Source: a virus
Lineage: Duplodnaviria > Heunggongvirae > Uroviricota > Caudoviricetes
DNA: 30,702 bases
Strand: one strand, 5' to 3'
IMG/VR virus record: IMGVR_UViG_3300022468_000539
Location: 1 to 30,702 of that record
Under the pieces are notes generated by a model, which worked only from the letters and a program-made list of their open reading frames with translations, was not told the origin of the DNA and ran no database searches. Below, one piece after another: positions 24,136-30,702 of the stretch (position 1 is its first letter; every line of letters begins with the position of its first letter). A program made the translations under genes and the position numbers.

Positions 24136-24645
24136 ATGAAACAAGTAATTAACAAATCCATCGCTCAAATCTTCTCTGCTGTGAACGGCAACACCATCAT
24201 CAGCATGGACACTGAAACAGTTCCTGTTCTGAAGGGTGGCAAGAGCAATCCTCTGCAAGGTCGCGTTACCAAAGTCATGCGCGGTGCGTCGGTGATGGTT
24301 TTCCAGAACAAGAACAGCAACGGCTACGAAAACATGGTTCGTCGTCGCCTTGAAAAAGAAGGTAAAGATGTAGATTTCCAAGTTGGCCCTCGTGCATGGG
24401 GTACTCGTGTCGAAGGTACTCCTATCGTTGAACACAAGGGCAAGACCTACCTCGAAGTCATCTTCCTCCGCGCTGGTGAAGTCGAATATCGACTGGATGG
24501 TAAAGCAATTGATGCTGAACTGGTTGGTGAACAAACTTCCAGCAACGGTCAACAAGCAGGTCTGGATAACAAAGTTGTTATTCGCACTTTTGCTGAAGAC
24601 TCCATCAAGCGACTCAAAGTTGGTGGCATCACCTTCGAAGCATAA
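24136..24645 (+). CDS. Conserved hypothetical phage protein (169 aa)
   Basis: Own promoter, RBS and terminator; strongly biased codon usage; GGKSNP...YENMV...WG pattern. Confidence 0.8.
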   Translation: MKQVINKSIAQIFSAVNGNTIISMDTETVPVLKGGKSNPLQGRVTKVMRGASVMVFQNKNSNGYENMVRRRLEKEGKDVDFQVGPRAWGTRVEGTPIVEHKGKTYLEVIFLRAGEVEYRLDGKAIDAELVGEQTSSNGQQAGLDNKVVIRTFAEDSIKRLKVGGITFEA

Positions 24646-24646
24646 G

Positions 24647-24670
24647 AAAAGACCCTTCTGGGTCTTTTTT
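24647..24670 (+). terminator. Rho-independent terminator
   Basis: aaaagaccc-ttct-gggtctttttt directly after the stop codon. Confidence 0.85.
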
Positions 24671-24671
24671 G

Positions 24672-24700
24672 TTGACAATATAAAAATCTTGGTGTATATT
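24672..24700 (+). promoter_or_regulatory. Sigma70 promoter TTGACA-17-TATATT
   Basis: Perfect -35 and 17-nt spacer; AAGGA RBS follows. Confidence 0.75.
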
Positions 24701-24718
24701 ACCGAAAAAGGATTTATT

Positions 24719-25084
24719 ATGAAACTACTTACAAAACTGCGTCTGAAGACGATCTTTACAACTATCATGTTTGCTTTTGTACTGGCAAACTGCGCTCCAA
24801 AGCCTGCACATGCTCAATTGACTGATGGGCAGTCTGCAGTGCTTGGTGGCATCATTGGATATGCTCTTGGCAAGGATAAACGTGAAATTCAATACGTTCC
24901 TGTCTATCCTACATACGTTCCGCAGGCTCCAGTCTTTATCCACCCTTCTCAGGTACAGGGATACAACTCAACCGACCATGGATACTGCGCACCCTACTTG
25001 AATGAAGCGTATTATCAGTGCCTTGGTAACCTGCAGCGCCAACGAAATGAGGCTGCTTACCAGCGAGGATTGCGCGGTTATTGA
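24719..25084 (+). CDS. Exported/membrane glycine-zipper protein (121 aa)
   Basis: True start is MKLLTKLRL at 24719. Basic plus hydrophobic signal peptide, AVLGGIIGYALGK glycine zipper and Pro/Tyr-rich linker. Confidence 0.7.
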   Translation: MKLLTKLRLKTIFTTIMFAFVLANCAPKPAHAQLTDGQSAVLGGIIGYALGKDKREIQYVPVYPTYVPQAPVFIHPSQVQGYNSTDHGYCAPYLNEAYYQCLGNLQRQRNEAAYQRGLRGY

Positions 25085-25109
25085 CGAACTAACAAACGTA
25101 GGTTATGAT
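25081..25109 (+). promoter_or_regulatory. Sigma70 promoter TTGACG-17-TATGAT for thyX
   Basis: Near-consensus hexamers with 17-nt spacing; AAGGA RBS before ATG 25159. Confidence 0.7.
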
Positions 25110-25158
25110 TTCAATAGAACTAAGTTCGAAAACGGTTTTTATTTTATAAAGGATTAAA

Positions 25159-26094
25159 ATGGTAAAAGTGAGTGGAAAGAATGGTATTACCGTAACAGTC
25201 ATTGCAGACTCGGTAAATATCTTAGGCAATCGAATGACAACTTTGGAATTGGAATATCCACGGTTTATCCATTCTGAGGTTATGACACATCGCATGTTGT
25301 CGAAAAATGCAGCCAGTTCTCGCGCTATCCCCATTAAAACCACAATTGAGCATGTAAAAAAATTTCCTGCTACACCTGTGCATTGGGGTAAAAATCAAGC
25401 CGGTATGCAGGCAAAGGAAGAGTTAGATGCTCCATCGATTGCTCGTGTGGAACATCTTTGGCATTCAGCTAAAGAGTCTGCTATTCATTACCTTGAAGAG
25501 TTGCAAAGTGCCGGATTGCATAAGCAAATTGCGTCAAGAATTATTGAGCCATGGTTTATGATGAAGACCGTAATTTCCGGTACTGAATGGAACAACTTGA
25601 TCTGGTTGCGTGACCATGAAGATGCACAACCTGAATTTGCTGAACTAGCTAAGTGTATTGTTGATGCAGTAAACAAGTCTACACCGATTCTCTTGCATGC
25701 CGGTGAATGGCATCTACCTTATGTCACAACTGCTTTTTCTATCAGTGAAGATGGTCTAGACGAAAATATTGTTTACCTCGATACCGATGGTAATAAAATC
25801 GACTTGGATACTGCACGTAAGGTTTCCGCATCATGCTGCGCACAGGTATCTTACCGTAAGCTGGATGACAGTGTAGAAAAGGCTATTGATATTTTCAACA
25901 AGCTGTTTAGCGGTAGTCGAGTACATGCATCTCCTGTTGAGCATCAAGCCACTCCGATGATTGAAGAGCAGGGTGATCCCTTGGATTGGGAAGCAGGCGT
26001 TACTCACGTGGATCGCAACGGTAAATACTGGTCTGGTAATCTTTGTGGATGGATTCAGTACCGTAAGTTGATTGCTAATGAGGCAGTTTGGTAA
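25159..26094 (+). CDS. thyX: Flavin-dependent thymidylate synthase (ThyX/Thy1, phage type)
   Basis: RFIHSEVMTHRMLSKNAASSRAIP, R-x-x-EP, LRDHEDAQPE, SASCCAQVSY and HASPVEHQA. Confidence 0.9.
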   Translation: MVKVSGKNGITVTVIADSVNILGNRMTTLELEYPRFIHSEVMTHRMLSKNAASSRAIPIKTTIEHVKKFPATPVHWGKNQAGMQAKEELDAPSIARVEHLWHSAKESAIHYLEELQSAGLHKQIASRIIEPWFMMKTVISGTEWNNLIWLRDHEDAQPEFAELAKCIVDAVNKSTPILLHAGEWHLPYVTTAFSISEDGLDENIVYLDTDGNKIDLDTARKVSASCCAQVSYRKLDDSVEKAIDIFNKLFSGSRVHASPVEHQATPMIEEQGDPLDWEAGVTHVDRNGKYWSGNLCGWIQYRKLIANEAVW

Positions 26095-26291
26095 TGTTTC
26101 ATTGGTTATCACACTTAACAGGACAAAATCTTGGTAAGGTGGTAACTTACCGAGAAAACGGCTACATTTATGTGGGCTTTGAATGTAGCAAGTGTAAGAA
26201 AATAGACCCGAAAACCCTTGAAAAAATTGAAGAAAGTGAAATTATACATGACAACACAAGACCTGACCCAGACTACGACGACTCAGATTGA
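26094..26291 (+). CDS. Small protein with CxxC (65 aa)
   Basis: TAATG coupling to the thyX stop; GFECSKC. Confidence 0.55.
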   Translation: MFHWLSHLTGQNLGKVVTYRENGYIYVGFECSKCKKIDPKTLEKIEESEIIHDNTRPDPDYDDSD

Positions 26292-26589
26292 CTCAGATGT
26301 GATGCTTATCGGCCTCCCTTCCGGTGAAAAAGTGGTCGCTGATGTGACCTTTGATGGTGGCTCACTGATCCTACGGAATGTGCTTGAAATTCTGACCATG
26401 GCGGATGGCGCGGGTAACTACAAGTTCAGTCTTGCACCGTTTATGGTTTATGCTGATCCTGAAGCTGGTATTTCTGTGCCGGTGACTCAAGTGCTGATGT
26501 CGATTCCGGGCGGCGAGTTGCGCGAAGCCCATAAGCGTCAATTCAGCAAAATCATTCTGCCTGAATCCAACTTGGTTCTTTCTAGCTAA
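26248..26589 (+). CDS. Sm-like-fold hypothetical protein (start uncertain: 26248, 26299 or 26302)
   Basis: L-x-SGE-x-V-x-A, L-x-PFM and C-terminal SKIILP resemble small Sm-like proteins of T4-like phages (from recall). Confidence 0.5.
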   Translation: MTTQDLTQTTTTQIDSDVMLIGLPSGEKVVADVTFDGGSLILRNVLEILTMADGAGNYKFSLAPFMVYADPEAGISVPVTQVLMSIPGGELREAHKRQFSKIILPESNLVLSS

Positions 26590-26594
26590 TCCAG

Positions 26595-26879
26595 ATGCCA
26601 ACATACGATTATCACTGTAAAGCCTGTAGCAGCACGTTTGAGGCTGTTAAAAAAATTGCAGACAGGGACAATACTACTGATCTAGTTTGTCCAGAATGCG
26701 CTGGACACGGTTCTATTGAGCGGCAGGTAGGTGCGCCTATGTTTGCCTACACAGTCGTCACCAAGGGCGGTTATGGCTCGAATTTGGGCGGTTTTAAAGA
26801 TGTGTTGGCTAAGGTTCACTCAAGAACTGTAGGTTCAAACCTCGACAAACTAAGTAGCTACGAAGTTGGGAAGTATTAA
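26595..26879 (+). CDS. FmdB-family zinc-ribbon protein
   Basis: MPTYDYHCKAC...CPEC; typical neighbour of phage phoH. Confidence 0.85.
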   Translation: MPTYDYHCKACSSTFEAVKKIADRDNTTDLVCPECAGHGSIERQVGAPMFAYTVVTKGGYGSNLGGFKDVLAKVHSRTVGSNLDKLSSYEVGKY

Positions 26880-26951
26880 CTGCTTCCATTAAATCGATTT
26901 GAGGGCGCGTGAGTACCCTCAAATTTTGATTAACAACTATGGAGTTTTAAC

Positions 26952-27776
26952 TTGGCACGATCTGCTACTAAAAAATCTACACTCACTTCCGCACCACCTG
27001 CTTTGCAACGTCAAGCCAAACGGCTCACACGACAGCAGAAACGCCTTGAACAGGAACTTATGGCGGCAGCGCCATTGACCACTACAAGTGCAACAACTAG
27101 AAGTCGCGGCATTACTTTAAAAGACCTGAAAGTGATTGAACCAATCACTGAAACTCAGGAAGATTTTTTTGATAATTATGTTGACAATGATGCAATCGTA
27201 CTGGCTGGTTCCGCAGGTACTGGAAAATCTTACATTGCCATTTATCAGGCATTGCTCGATGTTCTGGAACCAGAATCACAGTATCATAAAATCGCTATCA
27301 TTCGTTCGACAGCGCAGGTTCGGGATATGGGTTTCTTGCCCGGCACTGATGAAGAAAAAATTGCTCCCTTCGAGGAACCATACAAAGAAATTTGTGCCAA
27401 TCTTTTGAAGCGCAAAGACGCATACGACAAGCTGAAAGATATGGGTAAAATTGAGTTTGCATCCACTTCCTTTTTGCGCGGCATGACCTTCGATAATACG
27501 ATTGTTATCTTTGATGAATGCCAGAATGAAACCTTTGCTGCTATAAATACAGTAGCAACCCGCATTGGTAAAAACTCTAAGTTGCTCATGATTGGTGATG
27601 GTGCGCAAACCGATATCTCTAAGAACAAATCAGACATGTCTGGTTTTGCCGATTTTATGAGAGTGGCGCGTACTATCCCTGACTTCCGTATTCACACATT
27701 TACTAGCAACGACATTGTTCGCAGCGGTTTTGTAAAACAGTGGATCATAGCTTGCGAAAAATTAGGCTTACTGTAA
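26952..27776 (+). CDS. phoH: PhoH-like ATPase
   Basis: TTG start after GGAG; GSAGTGKS, GFLPG, FLRGMTFDN, DECQN, GD-x-x-Q-x-D and DIVRSG. Confidence 0.93.
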   Translation: MARSATKKSTLTSAPPALQRQAKRLTRQQKRLEQELMAAAPLTTTSATTRSRGITLKDLKVIEPITETQEDFFDNYVDNDAIVLAGSAGTGKSYIAIYQALLDVLEPESQYHKIAIIRSTAQVRDMGFLPGTDEEKIAPFEEPYKEICANLLKRKDAYDKLKDMGKIEFASTSFLRGMTFDNTIVIFDECQNETFAAINTVATRIGKNSKLLMIGDGAQTDISKNKSDMSGFADFMRVARTIPDFRIHTFTSNDIVRSGFVKQWIIACEKLGLL

Positions 27777-27800
27777 AATAAAAAGGGGCTTCGGCCCCTT
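27777..27800. terminator. Terminator-like hairpin with cUUCGg loop
   Basis: aaggggc-ttcg-gcccctt. The U-tract is weak on + but the A-run on the left gives one for leftward transcripts. Confidence 0.7.
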
Positions 27801-27824
27801 GTTAACTTTTAGGATAAAACAAAT

Positions 27825-29357
27825 ATGGTTTCATGCACACACTGTAATTCTACTGATGTAAAATATAAACGTGATCGCGTTAACTCTGATGGGTCTATAT
27901 CTAATCGGTACGTTTGTGGCTCTTGCGACAAGTGGTTTTCTGTGAGATGCGACAAGGCCGAGCCTAGTGAAGGTGACTTATCCGCACTGACTTCATCCAC
28001 CAAATTTGTTATTACTTCATGCCAGAATAACACTCCGGTTCATGAAGAGTTTTTGTATGCTCTGGAAAACTATTGCAATTACCACAAAGCACAGTTGCTC
28101 ATTGTTCCTATCAACTATCGTGCTAACGATTTTGACGAACTGACATACGAAATACCAGTAGATATTCGACACACTCTGGTAACGACGAAACTGCAGATTC
28201 ACCCTGAAGTGTTTGTCATGGGTAAGTTCAACTTTATCCCCACGACAGTAAACCCTTTGGCTGGTCTGGAATCACTTTCACGTGGTGATACGTTGATTGT
28301 ACCTTCTCCACAATTGCGCATGAAAGCCAGTGCTGTAAGTGCTTCTAGACACCCTGCTATCTTGCATACGACTGGTGCGATTAGTCATCCACAATACGCA
28401 AATAACAAGGTCGGTGAAAAAGCATTGTTTAATCATTCTTACTCTGCCGTTCTGGTTGATATCGATAGCGACAATGATTTTCATATTCGAGTTCTTTCCT
28501 GTGATCAAGAAAACCGTTTCCGTGATCTTGGTGAAGTCTGGTCTGCAAACAGCATCCATGGCCCAGACGGTTTCGATGCGCCTACTGCTTTGGTGACAGG
28601 CGACGAACATGCTATTTTTGCCTCACCAAGTGTTAAAGAAGCCACTTATACCAATTCTGATTCTATTGTTCGTGTTTTGAAACCGACATTTGTAGTTCGT
28701 CATGATGTGCTGGATATGTACTCAGGTAGCCACCATCATAAGGGTGATGCTATTAAAACAGTAGCTAAACATACCTTTGGTATGGATAAAGTTGAAGATG
28801 AATTAGAAAAAACTGTCGAATATATCAAAGAAACCACTATTGGTGATTATTTCAATATTATTGTTCCATCTAATCATAGTGATCATTTGACAAAGTGGTT
28901 ATCCACTGTTGATATCAAACAAGAGCCATGGAATGCTTTGTTCTATCACAAAATGATGTATAATATCCTTAGCACTTTGAAACAAACCGAAAGTGGTGTT
29001 TCTTATGCTGATCCGTTTAAGTTATACTGTGAGTCTGTTGGCGCACCTAATACACGCTTCTTAGCCCATGGTGAATCTTTTAGTGTTGCTGGTGTTGAGT
29101 TGGGTTCCCATGGTCATGAAGGTAAGAATGGCGCACGTGGATCGATTAACCAGTATGCAGACCTATCACAGCGATATGTGATTGGGCATAGCCATACGCC
29201 GGGAATTATCTACGGGGCTTACCAAGTCGGCACTTCCAGCAATCTCAAGCTGGAATATTCTCGCGGCCCATCAAGCTGGATCGCTTGCCATTGCGTTGTA
29301 TATAGCAATGGCAAGCGCCAGTTAATTAATGTCATCAATGGTAAATGGAGAGCCTAA
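27825..29357 (+). CDS. Zinc-ribbon plus calcineurin-like metallophosphoesterase protein
   Basis: CTHC...CGSC at the N terminus; GDEH, HDVLD, SNHSDH, HGH and GHSH metal-binding motifs. Confidence 0.7.
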   Translation: MVSCTHCNSTDVKYKRDRVNSDGSISNRYVCGSCDKWFSVRCDKAEPSEGDLSALTSSTKFVITSCQNNTPVHEEFLYALENYCNYHKAQLLIVPINYRANDFDELTYEIPVDIRHTLVTTKLQIHPEVFVMGKFNFIPTTVNPLAGLESLSRGDTLIVPSPQLRMKASAVSASRHPAILHTTGAISHPQYANNKVGEKALFNHSYSAVLVDIDSDNDFHIRVLSCDQENRFRDLGEVWSANSIHGPDGFDAPTALVTGDEHAIFASPSVKEATYTNSDSIVRVLKPTFVVRHDVLDMYSGSHHHKGDAIKTVAKHTFGMDKVEDELEKTVEYIKETTIGDYFNIIVPSNHSDHLTKWLSTVDIKQEPWNALFYHKMMYNILSTLKQTESGVSYADPFKLYCESVGAPNTRFLAHGESFSVAGVELGSHGHEGKNGARGSINQYADLSQRYVIGHSHTPGIIYGAYQVGTSSNLKLEYSRGPSSWIACHCVVYSNGKRQLINVINGKWRA

Positions 29358-30146
29358 ACTTTCAAAATCTTCTAGACTATATGCTTTAAAACCTTTATGT
29401 GATTTAGTTCTTCCATGGATTACATCACAAACAGATGAATACTTTAAATCGTTATCTCTACAAAACTGCGCAAGACCTCTTATTGTTTCTTGTTTTCCGC
29501 AAGGATGAATAATAACGTAAGATTTTTTACGGTTTTCTGTTCTTTTAGCGACATGATCTTGAGATTGTTTTCTACCTTTTCCTGCATCACTCATTTTTTG
29601 TTTTGCTTCATCGGATGGTTTTCTATTTCTATTTTTTAAATTTGGTTTACCCTTTCTCATTTTAGATTGGGCTTCGCAAAATTCCTTTGACATCTTTGCA
29701 CCTTTTCTATTTGAGACTCTACCTTTTAGCTTTTTGGAAATAGCTGCTCTATGCTCTTCTGTGATCGTTTTGCCACTATGTATTTTTGAAAGTTTGTCCT
29801 TTGTTTCCTGACTACGCTGTAAACCCTTTTGTGACATTCCAAAAAACCCGTTCACACTTGCATTTGACATGTTTATGTAAAGGGGAGATTTTACAACGTT
29901 CAGTGACTTTTGAACTCTGAATTCTGCTTCAATAGCCTCTTTTCTACTTTCATATGTTTTTATAATTTGGGTCTTGAATAGATGCTTGTTATTTTTTAGT
30001 TCTGATAGCCATATCTCTTTGTACTTTTTCGACACAACAGTTCCATGATATCCATCCTTGATTCGACTCACTGACGAAGAACCGATATAAAACATAGGCA
30101 TTTTATTACCCATGTATGTTGTCAAATAGATTGCATATGTTTTCAT
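29322..30146 (-). mobile_element. Free-standing GIY-YIG homing endonuclease with NUMOD3 repeats (Seg-like)
   Basis: AIY...FYIGSS, E-x-x-E-x-E, LYIN; repeated S-x-E-x-K-x-K-(L/M/I)-S-x-x-x-x-G units; C-terminal HTH-like segment; AT-rich; GGAG RBS and ATAAATA (30180-30174). Confidence 0.88.
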
Positions 30147-30243
30147 TTTTACTCCTATATTTTTCCTATTCTTTATTTATTGTTTTTCAACACTCATTGA
30201 GTCGTTTATAATGATGGAAATTCAATTTTAATGTCGATTAGAG

Positions 30244-30271
30244 TTGACTCTCTAATTTTTCATGTTATACT
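30244..30271 (+). promoter_or_regulatory. Promoter TTGACT-16-(TGt)TATACT
   Basis: Near-consensus hexamers upstream of an AAGGA RBS and ATG 30300. Confidence 0.6.
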
Positions 30272-30299
30272 GGTCATTTTTGATCAATAAAGGAATGAA

Positions 30300-30530
30300 A
30301 TGAGTGAAGAAACAAAAGATACAGAACAAGAAATTATTGATGTAATCGAAGATCAAGGTCGGCCTCGTGTGTTCAGTTATAAGTTCACTGCTCCCGATGG
30401 GGATTCTAAGGTTGTGGCTGTTATTGCAATGTGCGCAACTGATGCTAAAATAGCTTTACTCTCCCAATTACCGGAAGGTTCTACGCTTTTAAAAGTCGGC
30501 GTCATTGCCGATTTTGTTTTGCAAGCGTAA
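30300..30530 (+). CDS. Hypothetical protein (76 aa)
   Basis: RBS and promoter present; acidic N terminus. Confidence 0.65.
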   Translation: MSEETKDTEQEIIDVIEDQGRPRVFSYKFTAPDGDSKVVAVIAMCATDAKIALLSQLPEGSTLLKVGVIADFVLQA

Positions 30531-30576
30531 CTGTCGCTGAATCAGATATTCAGTATTTTTATGAAAGAAGTGTTAT

Positions 30577-30702
30577 ATGATTGTTAAAACTGGTGAAAAA
30601 TTTGCTTCTCGTGCATCTGGTCAAAAAATTCGCGTTGTGGGTACTTTGGGTACTGAAACAGCGATTATTGTTAACCTGAAGGGTAATGGTCATCGTGATG
30701 CA
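30577..30702 (+). CDS. Partial hypothetical protein (runs off the window)
   Basis: ATG 30577 opens MIVKTGEKFASRASGQKIRVVG... with no stop before the window end. Confidence 0.55.
   Translation, partial: MIVKTGEKFASRASGQKIRVVGTLGTETAIIVNLKGNGHRDA

Noticed and set aside
24383-24718. N-terminal extension of the 233-aa ORF call
   Set aside because: Overlaps another gene, a terminator and a promoter; the true start is 24719.
23968-24768. 266-aa minus-strand ORF
   Set aside because: Antisense to the well-supported 169-aa gene and crosses two terminators.
26280-26298. Tandem gactcagat repeat
   Set aside because: Only two 9-nt copies within coding overlap; likely chance or a small duplication.
1-30702. 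CRISPR array, tRNA or rRNA genes
   Set aside because: No regularly spaced repeats or cloverleaf signatures seen by eye; a tRNAscan/CRT run would be definitive.

Overview
Window from a large T4-like (myovirus-type) dsDNA phage. All family calls come from recognising motifs by eye, not from database searches. T4-superfamily core genes are present: gp3 tail terminator, gp2 DNA end protector, uvsY, uvsW, gp61 primase, class Ia nrdA/nrdB with glutaredoxin, thyX, FmdB zinc ribbon and phoH. Accessory content: (i) a leftward early block with a Thg1-like 3'-5' nucleotidyltransferase; (ii) a late 6.6-kb cassette with a GH5-like hydrolase, a GH99/WbsX-like hydrolase and an SGNH esterase, where small beta modules are inserted inside the conserved domains; (iii) a ~550-nt non-coding region between that cassette and uvsY that is densely base-paired, has flanking promoters and shows strand bias for a minus-strand RNA (best candidate for an undescribed element: large ncRNA and/or transcription-primed origin); (iv) three proteins with T4 internal-protein-like capsid-targeting or prohead-protease signatures (a stand-alone ART-PolyVal-like ADP-ribosyltransferase, a 343-aa two-domain protein and a 580-aa GP88-like Cys-motif protein), suggesting an injected enzyme cargo; (v) an antisense GIY-YIG/NUMOD3 homing endonuclease. 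I saw no tRNA, rRNA, CRISPR array, intron or intein.
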